DNA of 58,356 nt from a virus. The position numbers and the translations under genes were made by a program. The stretch spans positions 1 to 58,356 of IMG/VR virus record IMGVR_UViG_3300029563_000007, one strand, 5' to 3'. The notes under the pieces are model-generated. The model was not told where the DNA came from and did no database searches. It was given only the letters and a program-made list of their open reading frames with translations. The stretch's first letter is position 1, and each line of letters starts with the position of its first letter. Of the stretch, positions 1 to 7,261 are shown piece by piece.

Positions 1-225
1 GTATCAGACCTCGTTAAAAAGGGCATATTCCACGAAAAAGGCATAGACTTAGAGCACCTCAAGAAAGAGTGCGGCGATGTAATGTGGTACGTTGCTATGA
101 TTTGCGAAGCTTGCGGATTCAGTCTTGATGATGTAATGCAGACAAACATAGATAAGCTTATAGCACGTTATCCGAATGGCTTTGATTCTTACAGAGCTAA
201 TCACAGACAGGCAGGTGATAAATAA
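1..225 (+). CDS. mazG: MazG-like NTP pyrophosphohydrolase, C-terminal part of an ORF that starts at 58066 and crosses the contig junction
   Basis: Frame 1 reads ...EAGEVSDLVKKGIFHEKGIDLEHLKKECGDVMWYVAMICEACGFSLDDVMQTNIDKLIARYPNGF, stop TAA 223-225; bases 1-99 duplicate 58258-58356. Confidence 0.75.
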   Translation, partial: VSDLVKKGIFHEKGIDLEHLKKECGDVMWYVAMICEACGFSLDDVMQTNIDKLIARYPNGFDSYRANHRQAGDK

Positions 226-395
226 TGGGTAATCAGGATAAGCACTGTTACCAGTGCAAACATAGACATAAGTTATATTGTGAAAAGCCTTGTAATGCCT
301 GTAATGGCAATCCAAATGTTGTAAAAGGCAAGGATAACTTCACAGAGCTTGAAACAGCAAATAAAAATGCGGTACTCTTTGAAACAAAAGAATAG
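225..395 (+). CDS. small Cys-rich protein (56 aa, CxxC...CxxC)
   Basis: ATG overlaps mazG stop (TAATG); MGNQDKHCYQCKHRHKLYCEKPCNACNGNPN...; below the 60-aa track cutoff. Confidence 0.4.
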   Translation: MGNQDKHCYQCKHRHKLYCEKPCNACNGNPNVVKGKDNFTELETANKNAVLFETKE

Positions 396-400
396 CATAT

Positions 401-472
401 TGCCCCTTAGCCAAGTGGTCAAGGCACAGGATTTTGATTCCTGTATCGTGGGTTCAAATCCCACAGGGGTAG
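401..472 (+). tRNA. tRNA-Gln (anticodon TTG)
   Basis: Hand-folded cloverleaf: acceptor TGCCCCT/AGGGGTA, anticodon stem CAGGA/TCCTG with loop TTTTGAT, T arm GTGGG-TTCAAAT-CCCAC; no encoded CCA. Confidence 0.85.
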
Positions 473-835
473 TTCAAGTGTTTAATTACACTTGTGCCTT
501 TACAGGACTTATTGGTTTACTAGCATTAAGTCCTCCTTTCACCTCATAGCGAGAGCTGTTAAGGACTGTCAGATAGTCCGTGAGGTTTTGCGTATTATAA
601 ATACGCAAATAAAATTAAGTTATACCTATAGCGCAGCAGTTATCTGTATGGATAGACAGCGAGCGAAGCTACTTTCTTTGAGCCCAACTGCACGGGTAGA
701 ATGACATCCAAGCTTTGCCACGACCTGTTATAGGTGTCATAGCCTATACTGCTATTAAGACTAGCATTGTTTTTCAGTATCAACTATCCACCTTAATCGA
801 AACATTTTCACAATGCTAGTCTTTTAAAACGATAT

Positions 836-925
836 GGAGAAGCGGCAACGATTGGCGGTGTTGCGGCAGACTGTAAATCTGTTCCCTTGCGGTAAACATT
901 GTAGGTTCAATTCCTATCTTCTCCA
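836..925 (+). tRNA. tRNA-Tyr (anticodon GTA), long variable arm
   Basis: Acceptor GGAGAAG/CTTCTCC+A, anticodon stem GCAGA/TCTGT with loop CTGTAAA, T arm GTAGG-TTCAATT-CCTAT, long extra arm as in bacterial tRNA-Tyr. Confidence 0.8.
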
Positions 926-929
926 CTTT

Positions 930-1012
930 GCCGATATGGGATAAAGGTATTCCAGTAGCTTGCTAAGCTATCCAACAGAAATGTTGTTCGTGTTCGATTC
1001 ACGATATCGGCG
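930..1012 (+). tRNA. tRNA-Ser (anticodon GCT), long variable arm
   Basis: Acceptor GCCGATA/TATCGGC+G, anticodon stem GTAGC/GCTAT with loop TTGCTAA, extra arm CAACA-GAAA-TGTTG, T arm TCGTG-TTCGATT-CACGA. Confidence 0.8.
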
Positions 1013-1087
1013 TTTTGAAAGCACTTCTTGGGTCTGCGTGCGTAATGTTGTTTGCGGACTTATCCTAGGTTAAGAGGTGTAAGTAAG

Positions 1088-1131
1088 TTGCTATAAGTGG
1101 TGCCGTAAGGTTCGATTCCTTACATAGCAAT
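1088..1131 (+). ncRNA. tRNA-like acceptor/T-arm minihelix A (no D or anticodon arm)
   Basis: TTGCTAT-AAGTGGTGCC-GTAAGG-TTCGATT-CCTTAC-ATAGCAA: 7-bp acceptor-like stem, 10-nt linker, 6-bp stem with canonical T-loop. Confidence 0.5.
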
Positions 1132-1187
1132 TACAACAAACTAGGTTAGCTACCGAAAAGCACAAGCCTTAGTGCCTGTTTGTTGTT

Positions 1188-2318
1188 TTGTTAATAAGGC
1201 AGTTATCAGAAAGGCAGGTAATAAATATGCTATCAGAAAATGAAATCCAAACAAAAGTTAATTTTCTATCATCAGCAAGGTGTAACCACACATTCCATAA
1301 ATACATTGACATAACAGGCGATTTGATAGAGGGTGCGCTATTATCAAGAATTTTATATTGGTTTGCACCAACTAAAGATAACAAAAGCAAAGTCAAGATA
1401 TACAAAGACGGCGAATATTGGATTGCGAAACAAAGAAAAGACTGGTGGGAAGAGATAAGGATTACTGAAAGGCAGTATGATAAAGCAATTAAATCGTTGG
1501 TGAAAAAGAAATTTGTAATTACAGCAAAATACAAATTCAATTCAATGCCGACTATACATATACGACCTAATTATGATGTTATCAACGCAGAAGTTAAAAA
1601 ATGGGAAAATAGTATCAGGCAAGAGGTTATAGCAGAAGATGCAGGACAGGAGTTACATAAACAAGCAGACGGGAATGACACAAAATGTAATTCCCAAGGG
1701 AATAACACAAAGTGTAATTCGGGAGTGTCACAAGATGTAACTCTTTTAACAGGGATTACTAACAATGATTACCCTAACACTAATTACGGAACATTAAATA
1801 CAGAGTGTAATTCTCTTAACAGAGAACAATGCAATTCTTTTTTACCCAAAGATAAAAAAGCGAAAGAGTTTAAGCCGATAAGCGAATACTCTCAAAGTGA
1901 TTGGGAAGTTGCCGAAGAAAGAATGATAAGTAGAGCTGGCAATATAGCTTATGATTGGACTAACGATAAAACGCTCAAAGAAAATACAGAAGCATTCTTT
2001 AAATACTTTTTAGATAAACACGGAGAATGTACCGGAGAATATCACTACCCATTAACAGATAAGGTTTTATCAAGAGTAGTAGATAATTTAACAAAAGAAA
2101 CCGACATAGAGCGTGACGGATATACAGATACCTATTATGCGGCTATAAGTGATATGGACGATAATACAGACTACAAGATGTTGGTTGATGAATATTTCAA
2201 CACAAAGTTTTCAACACAATGTGATTACAGCTTAGTTCACTTTTCTTCTGAAAAGGTTTTAATTAACATTATGAATCACGCTTGTAAGAGTAGCTGGTGC
2301 GAAAGCAAAGAATGGTAA
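1188..2318 (+). CDS. replisome-organizer/DnaD-like DNA-binding protein (N-terminal winged-helix-like region), iterons inside the gene
   Basis: ORF track 376 aa (ATG alternative at 1227); N-terminus ...LLSRILYWFAPTKDNKSKVKIYKDGEYWIAKQRKDWWEEIRITERQYDKAIKSLVKKKFV resembles phage replication-organizer N-domains; function is inferred. Confidence 0.5.
   Translation: MLIRQLSERQVINMLSENEIQTKVNFLSSARCNHTFHKYIDITGDLIEGALLSRILYWFAPTKDNKSKVKIYKDGEYWIAKQRKDWWEEIRITERQYDKAIKSLVKKKFVITAKYKFNSMPTIHIRPNYDVINAEVKKWENSIRQEVIAEDAGQELHKQADGNDTKCNSQGNNTKCNSGVSQDVTLLTGITNNDYPNTNYGTLNTECNSLNREQCNSFLPKDKKAKEFKPISEYSQSDWEVAEERMISRAGNIAYDWTNDKTLKENTEAFFKYFLDKHGECTGEYHYPLTDKVLSRVVDNLTKETDIERDGYTDTYYAAISDMDDNTDYKMLVDEYFNTKFSTQCDYSLVHFSSEKVLINIMNHACKSSWCESKEW
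1686..1837 (+). repeat. iteron-like direct repeats TG(T/C)AA(T/C)TC x5 inside the 1188 gene (candidate ori)
   Basis: TGTAATTC at 1686, 1713, 1806; TGTAACTC at 1736; TGCAATTC at 1830, each preceded by A-rich ACAAA/ACAGA context. Confidence 0.5.
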
Positions 2319-2321
2319 GGA

Positions 2322-2525
2322 GTGATTATTATGGCAGCAGGCGTACACCCGCTAAACAAAGATAAGTTTTATGAAGCAATTAACCTGTACATATCGGGGC
2401 AGGTTTCACAGGTAAAAGCGGCAAAAGTAGCAGGTTGTAGCGTACCGACATTTAAGAAATATGCTAACAAGATTTATGGCGGCGAGGAATTACCAGATAA
2501 TTTATGGGGGAAGAACGATGATTGA
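2322..2525 (+). CDS. small HTH-like protein
   Basis: ORF track 67 aa; ...KAAKVAGCSVPTFKKYANKIYG helix-turn-helix-like. Confidence 0.5.
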   Translation: MIIMAAGVHPLNKDKFYEAINLYISGQVSQVKAAKVAGCSVPTFKKYANKIYGGEELPDNLWGKNDD

Positions 2526-2754
2526 GAGAATTGTTAATCGTTGGATAAGACGCAAGACAAAGAATCTGACAGAAATACCACTTTTTACGATGGTATTTAA
2601 TTACCGCAAGTATAAAGCAGAAGGCAAGAAAGACAGTTGTATGTTTTATACACACCCAGATATTGCTGATGACAAATTTGTAAAGAGTAAGTTACAAGAA
2701 GTTGTTGACTATATCAGAGATAACTATGATTTGGATATATTTACGAGGATTTGA
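2518..2754 (+). CDS. hypothetical protein
   Basis: In-frame ATG at 2518 (MIERIVNRW...) overlapping the upstream stop; same-strand packed array. Confidence 0.5.
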   Translation: MIERIVNRWIRRKTKNLTEIPLFTMVFNYRKYKAEGKKDSCMFYTHPDIADDKFVKSKLQEVVDYIRDNYDLDIFTRI

Positions 2755-2762
2755 GGTACAAT

Positions 2763-3065
2763 ATGAAAGATTGCTCAATTTGTAAATATTGTGATGAAGA
2801 TTTTGATTTTGATGAAGAAACAGGAGAAGAATATCCTGTTTATAATTGTCAAAAAGGAAATGATACATCACTTGACTGCGAGTGCAAGAATTTTAAGAAA
2901 TACAAGCCACAAAAATATAAAGAGAAAAATACCGAATGCGATATATGCGAGTACAGAGAAAAATGTGCAAAATATAGTTCCGGGATAGACTGTACAACCT
3001 ACAGAGATACAGAAACACATATTATTTATCCACAAGACAAATGTATTAAAAAGGCAAAGAACTAG
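2763..3065 (+). CDS. Cys-rich hypothetical protein
   Basis: ATG 2763 (MKDCSICKYCDEDF...), multiple CxxC pairs. Confidence 0.5.
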   Translation: MKDCSICKYCDEDFDFDEETGEEYPVYNCQKGNDTSLDCECKNFKKYKPQKYKEKNTECDICEYREKCAKYSSGIDCTTYRDTETHIIYPQDKCIKKAKN

Positions 3066-3125
3066 GCATTGAGATACCTAAAGATATTGAAAACTATTTC
3101 AAAGAATATGGAATTGAGGTGTAAT

Positions 3126-3341
3126 ATGTGTGAATTTTGCTCGTATAAAAACAATCCATTTATAATTTACGGAAAAGAAATCAAAATAAATAAATGTGCC
3201 AAAGAAACAGACTTGACGGAAGCACAGGTTATGAGAAACAGGGATGATGAAGTTCCGGGGATTGTGATTTATAAAGGACATAGCGCAACAGGATATTTTG
3301 ATATCAAGTATTGCCCTATCTGCGGTAGAAAGTTGGTGTAG
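3126..3341 (+). CDS. zinc-ribbon hypothetical protein
   Basis: SD GAGGTG then ATG 3126 (MCEFCSY...CPICGRKL). Confidence 0.5.
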   Translation: MCEFCSYKNNPFIIYGKEIKINKCAKETDLTEAQVMRNRDDEVPGIVIYKGHSATGYFDIKYCPICGRKLV

Positions 3342-3343
3342 TA

Positions 3344-3613
3344 ATGGCGGAACCTTTAAGTAAATTAGCAGAAAAATGTAAAAGTTGCCCTAAATCTGAA
3401 AAATGTGACCATAAAAGAATGGAGTTATGCGCTTTAGCGGATTTGCCACCACAAAATCTTGCAAGTGCTACACAAGGTATTTTGATAGACGCGGCAATGC
3501 CGGTTTTGAGGGAAGAAATAAAAAGCCCTTTAAGTCCATTTAGGTACAAAGACGAATTAGAAAAAGCAATAAATGATTCCCATTTTGGAAACAGGTTTAT
3601 GTATGGTGCTTAG
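3344..3613 (+). CDS. hypothetical protein
   Basis: ORF track 89 aa, abuts upstream stop. Confidence 0.5.
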   Translation: MAEPLSKLAEKCKSCPKSEKCDHKRMELCALADLPPQNLASATQGILIDAAMPVLREEIKSPLSPFRYKDELEKAINDSHFGNRFMYGA

Positions 3614-3627
3614 AAAGTTGGTGGAAG

Positions 3628-3795
3628 ATGATTAAAGAAGCATTGTTGGATATTTCAAAAGGATATGTCAAAGTTTTCTTTGATGGTAACCCAGTTGATA
3701 GTATATATAGTGTAGATGACATTACAGATGATGAGTCTGGAATGAAAAAGATACAACTTACTTTTTTGGTGAAAGAAGTGCTTTTTAAAGAATAA
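3628..3795 (+). CDS. hypothetical small protein (55 aa)
   Basis: SD GGTGGA then ATG 3628; MIKEALLDISKGYVKVFFDGNPVDSIYSVDDITDDESGMKKIQLTFLVKEVLFKE. Confidence 0.4.
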   Translation: MIKEALLDISKGYVKVFFDGNPVDSIYSVDDITDDESGMKKIQLTFLVKEVLFKE

Positions 3796-3831
3796 CCGAA
3801 GAGTTTGCCAATTTTGCAAAGGGGGATTACT

Positions 3832-4011
3832 ATGAAACATCAAAAAGAATGGCACACTTGTGACAGGTGCGGAAAAGAGATAAAAGTAGGGCTGTTGTGT
3901 ATGAACTCAATTACAAGGAGTGGCATATTAAATATGACTTACGATTTATGTAATGAATGTATGGAAGATTTTGAGAGGTTTATGAGGAATGAAAACATTG
4001 ATTGTAGATGA
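3832..4011 (+). CDS. zinc-ribbon hypothetical protein
   Basis: SD AGGGGG then ATG 3832 (MKHQKEWHTCDRCGKEI...CNEC). Confidence 0.5.
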   Translation: MKHQKEWHTCDRCGKEIKVGLLCMNSITRSGILNMTYDLCNECMEDFERFMRNENIDCR

Positions 4012-4165
4012 TTTAAACATTCCACCAAGTGTTATCGCAAGTGCCATTGTCAATAGAATTCCACTTAATGAAGATAAAAATTGTCACATTGAGCATTGGA
4101 GTACCAGATGGAGAATTGAAAAATATGGGAAACATACTTGTCTGGAAGTTAAGAAATTAAGATAA
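3989..4165 (+). CDS. hypothetical small protein (58 aa)
   Basis: ATG 3989 overlapping upstream gene end; MKTLIVDDLNIPPSVIASAIVNRIPLNEDKNCHIEHWSTRWRIEKYGKHTCLEVKKLR. Confidence 0.35.
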   Translation: MKTLIVDDLNIPPSVIASAIVNRIPLNEDKNCHIEHWSTRWRIEKYGKHTCLEVKKLR

Positions 4166-4169
4166 ACAA

Positions 4170-4210
4170 TTACCGACTACAGATTGATTGTAGCTGCTGA
4201 CCTTAGAAAG
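4170..4210 (+). repeat. hairpin-containing direct repeat, copy 1 (upstream of 4249 gene)
   Basis: TTACCGACTACAGATTGATTGTAGCTGCTGACC closely matches TTGCCGGCTACAGATTGGTTGTAGTCGCTACC at 4643. Confidence 0.6.
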
Positions 4211-4248
4211 CTAAAGGCTGATAAAACATATAAAAGGAGATAGAACCT

Positions 4249-4635
4249 ATGAAACAGTTATTTGTAAGTGTGCCTATGAAAGGCAGAACAGAGGAAGAAA
4301 TCAAAGCTAGTATTCAGAAGATGAAAAAAATTGCTGAAATATACGAGGGCGAAGAATTAGAGCTTATCGACAGCTACATTGAGGATAACCCACATAAAGA
4401 CAGTAAAGAAGCTGTGTGGTATTTAGGCGAGAGCCTTAAGAAGCTGGCACAGGCTGATGTATTCATTGGAATATGTGAGAGTTATGATTGGAACGGCTGT
4501 AGCATTGAAAGAGAAACAGCGGAAAAATATGGCATTAAAACATATATGATTCCAGCACGGTATGTAATTGATGATTATAATACACTTTTGAATAGATTGC
4601 ATCCGACTTGCTGTGATGCAATGCTGACATTCTAA
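4249..4635 (+). CDS. DUF4406 / nucleoside 2-deoxyribosyltransferase-like protein
   Basis: ORF track 128 aa; MKQLFVSVPMKGRTEEE...WYLGESLKKLAQADVFIGICESYDWNGCSIERETAEKYGI pattern recalled from that fold; SD AAAGGAG. Confidence 0.45.
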   Translation: MKQLFVSVPMKGRTEEEIKASIQKMKKIAEIYEGEELELIDSYIEDNPHKDSKEAVWYLGESLKKLAQADVFIGICESYDWNGCSIERETAEKYGIKTYMIPARYVIDDYNTLLNRLHPTCCDAMLTF

Positions 4636-4642
4636 TAAAAAT

Positions 4643-4683
4643 ATTGCCGGCTACAGATTGGTTGTAGTCGCTACCCTAAAACA
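4643..4683 (+). repeat. hairpin-containing direct repeat, copy 2 (downstream of 4249 gene)
   Basis: GGCTACA-GATTGGT-TGTAGTC stem-loop; see copy 1. Confidence 0.6.
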
Positions 4684-4720
4684 GTTATAGGCAGAGGTCT
4701 ATAAGCACCTTTGCTGAAAA

Positions 4721-6463
4721 GTGGAGGTGCTTTTCTTGAATTCTGAATTAAATCAACTGATAGATGATTGCGAAAAATACATATCCCAAAATGGAATAGA
4801 TGAAAATATCATAGAAACCTACTACAACGTGTGCCAGCTTGCCAAGAATGAGGGTGAAATTGACACAATGTTAAAATGTACGGCTAGGACAAAAGAACTC
4901 ATAGAAAAGGCTTGTATGCGCGATATAGGGCTATCTATGTGGGAGATAGAGAAGTTTGTCTTTAACAATAAAAGTTCCTTTGATTCGCTTGATAAATACT
5001 ATGATGTATTACTGCTTGAAGCCCAAAGCAAAATAGTAGATAGTGCATTTATGTATCTTGAAAAGAAAAGAGAACCTAAAGAGCGCTTCTATATGCCACG
5101 CCGCAAACAATTCTTAAGAATGGGGCTAATAGAAGCTTTGCAGGGTATGATTGATGATAAATACGATATATTGTGCGTATCATTGATACCAGGAGCAGGA
5201 AAGACGACTATTGAAAAAATGTTTAATGCTTTAGTAGCTGGTTGGTTTCCTAATGATTTTTGCCTTTTTTACTCCCATTCCGGCGACATTACACGAATGT
5301 ACTATGATGGCGTATACGATATTGTTACAAATGCTGATGAATATGCGTGGAACGAAATCTTTCCTAATTTGACAGTTACAAGCACTAACGCAAAGTTAGA
5401 ACAATTTAATATCGGCAAATATAAGCCATTTCCATCTGTGCAATGTACATCTGTAGGAAGTAAGAATGCCGGTAAAGTTCGTGCAAGTAAGTTTTTACTT
5501 GTGGATGATATGATAGGCGGCATTGAAGAAGCACTTAATCCTATGGTGCTTGATAAGCTATGGGATAAATATGCAGTAGATGCTAGGCAAAGAAAAATCC
5601 AAGATACGGACGGACACAATTGTAAAGAAATACACATTGCTACGCGTTGGAGTGTACATGATGTTATCGGAAGAATACAGAATATGTACGCAGGAAACAA
5701 AAGAGTTAAGACTATTGCCGTACCAGATGTAGACCCAGTAACAGGCGAGAGTAATTTTGATTATGAGTATAGCGGATTCACAAAAGAGTTTTTTGCTGAC
5801 CAACAGCTTTTAATGGATGAAATCTCTTACAGGTGTTTATACAAACAGGAACCTATCGAACGTGAGGGATTACTATTTCCAGATGATAAAATCCGCAGAT
5901 ACCTTAATCTGCCACACGGAGAACCGGAAATTATTACGGCACAATGCGATACAAAGGGAAAAGGTACGGATTATTTCGTATTGCCTGTATTGCAGAAACA
6001 CGGAGAAGACTATTACTGCATTGATTGCGTATGTGACAATACAGCTGATTATGAAGAACAATACAGAAATGCCGCAGGAGTGCTTGTAAATAATAAGGTG
6101 CAGGAATGCGAATTTGAGCGTAATGCCGGCGGCGATAGAGTGGCTATGGAAGTTAATAAGCGTGTTGAGAGCGTTGGGTGGATTTGCAATATTACTGATA
6201 CACCAACAGAAACAAACAAGGAAGCAAGGATATTTCAATGTTCTAACTGGATATTACAACACATTATTTTCAAAGACCCCTCACTTTATAAGCCTAATGA
6301 GCCATACGGAGTGATGATGTCACTATTAAAGCAATATTCAGTATCAGGTAAGAAACAATTAGATGATGTTCCAGATGTTTTCTCAAACTTTGCACTAAGA
6401 ATGACACAAGGTAATAGAACAGCTAAAGTTGAAGCTGCTATAAATCCATTTAGGAGGTATTAA
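4721..6463 (+). CDS. terL: terminase large subunit
   Basis: 580 aa; Walker A IPGAGKTT, Walker B FLLVDDM, ATRW coupling motif, C-terminal nuclease-like half. Start uncertain (GTG 4721, TTG 4736 or ATG 4868) because hairpin AAGCACCT/AGGTGCTT + T-run at 4703-4737 overlaps it. Confidence 0.85.
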   Translation: MEVLFLNSELNQLIDDCEKYISQNGIDENIIETYYNVCQLAKNEGEIDTMLKCTARTKELIEKACMRDIGLSMWEIEKFVFNNKSSFDSLDKYYDVLLLEAQSKIVDSAFMYLEKKREPKERFYMPRRKQFLRMGLIEALQGMIDDKYDILCVSLIPGAGKTTIEKMFNALVAGWFPNDFCLFYSHSGDITRMYYDGVYDIVTNADEYAWNEIFPNLTVTSTNAKLEQFNIGKYKPFPSVQCTSVGSKNAGKVRASKFLLVDDMIGGIEEALNPMVLDKLWDKYAVDARQRKIQDTDGHNCKEIHIATRWSVHDVIGRIQNMYAGNKRVKTIAVPDVDPVTGESNFDYEYSGFTKEFFADQQLLMDEISYRCLYKQEPIEREGLLFPDDKIRRYLNLPHGEPEIITAQCDTKGKGTDYFVLPVLQKHGEDYYCIDCVCDNTADYEEQYRNAAGVLVNNKVQECEFERNAGGDRVAMEVNKRVESVGWICNITDTPTETNKEARIFQCSNWILQHIIFKDPSLYKPNEPYGVMMSLLKQYSVSGKKQLDDVPDVFSNFALRMTQGNRTAKVEAAINPFRRY

Positions 6464-6469
6464 TTCACT

Positions 6470-6892
6470 ATGACAACTAAGGATTATCTGAATCAGATAA
6501 GTTATTACAACAAGATAATTGATAATAAATTGATAGAAATAACACAGTATAAAGAATTATCATACAGCATATCAGCAGTTGTTAATGAAGAAAGAGTCCT
6601 GTCATCATCAGATCCGGACAAAATAGGCTGTGGATATGTCAGACTTGAACAAATGGAAGAAAGCCTTGATAAACTCATAGACAAATACATTGATGTAAAA
6701 AACAAAATAATAGAGCAGATAGAACAGATAAACAACGAAGATTATTACACAGTATTGTTTCTAAGATATGTCAGAAAGTTTACATTTGAAAAAATTGCAA
6801 ATGAAACAGACTGGTGTTGGCGACAGGTACACAGGATACACGCTAAAGCATTACAAGCCTTTGAAGATAAATATGGAAATGAATATTTATAA
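6470..6892 (+). CDS. sigma-70 region-4-like / ArpU-RinA-type late transcriptional regulator
   Basis: 140 aa; C-terminus YYTVLFLRYVRKFTFEKIANETDWCWRQVHRIHAKALQAFEDKY looks like sigma region 4 HTH. Confidence 0.5.
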   Translation: MTTKDYLNQISYYNKIIDNKLIEITQYKELSYSISAVVNEERVLSSSDPDKIGCGYVRLEQMEESLDKLIDKYIDVKNKIIEQIEQINNEDYYTVLFLRYVRKFTFEKIANETDWCWRQVHRIHAKALQAFEDKYGNEYL

Positions 6893-7042
6893 AAGATGTC
6901 ATAGAATGTCACATTGCCGGCGTGGTATAGTATACCTGTAAGAAATTACAGAACTGTTTTTCATCAAATATTACAATCCTTTATCAGAAAGCATCGTTAC
7001 TTAATTGTGGCGGTGCTTTTTGTTATGCAACGAGGCAAAAAT

Positions 7043-7252
7043 ATGAATTTTTATATGAATAAAGATAAATCAATCATGTGTCCGAACTGCCATAAGTTTT
7101 TGACTAAGGCAGACAGCAAAGACCCACGAACACATAAGTTAGCGTGCAAGCATTGCCGTAAATGGATATGGTATGTGCCTAACGATGATGATAATTTTCA
7201 GATTAAAGAAATACCGGACAGCAGAAGTTCAAGCGGTATGACATTTTATTAG
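7043..7252 (+). CDS. zinc-ribbon protein
   Basis: ATG 7043; CPNCHK...CKHCRK; preceded by a terminator-like hairpin near 6990-7025. Confidence 0.5.
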   Translation: MNFYMNKDKSIMCPNCHKFLTKADSKDPRTHKLACKHCRKWIWYVPNDDDNFQIKEIPDSRSSSGMTFY

Positions 7253-7261
7253 GAGCAAGAT

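Noticed and set aside
1-99. The terminal direct repeat as a physical DTR of the virion chromosome.
   Set aside because: The repeat is exact and falls in the middle of an ORF with no flanking packaging signals. It is most simply explained as assembler overlap of a circular or permuted sequence.
492-704. 70-aa track ORF, and the other short ORFs at 49-549, within the tRNA/spacer region.
   Set aside because: They overlap tRNA-Gln or the mazG frame, or run through the hairpin series. They have no SD and non-ATG or weak starts.
1013-1131. A fourth full-length tRNA ending at the T-arm at 1106-1131, and likewise full minus-strand tRNAs at 52632-52673 and 53026-53066.
   Set aside because: The only sequences complementary to the 3' acceptor strands lie about 10 nt upstream of the T stems. 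That leaves no room for D and anticodon arms, and no alternative 5' acceptor strand is found further upstream.
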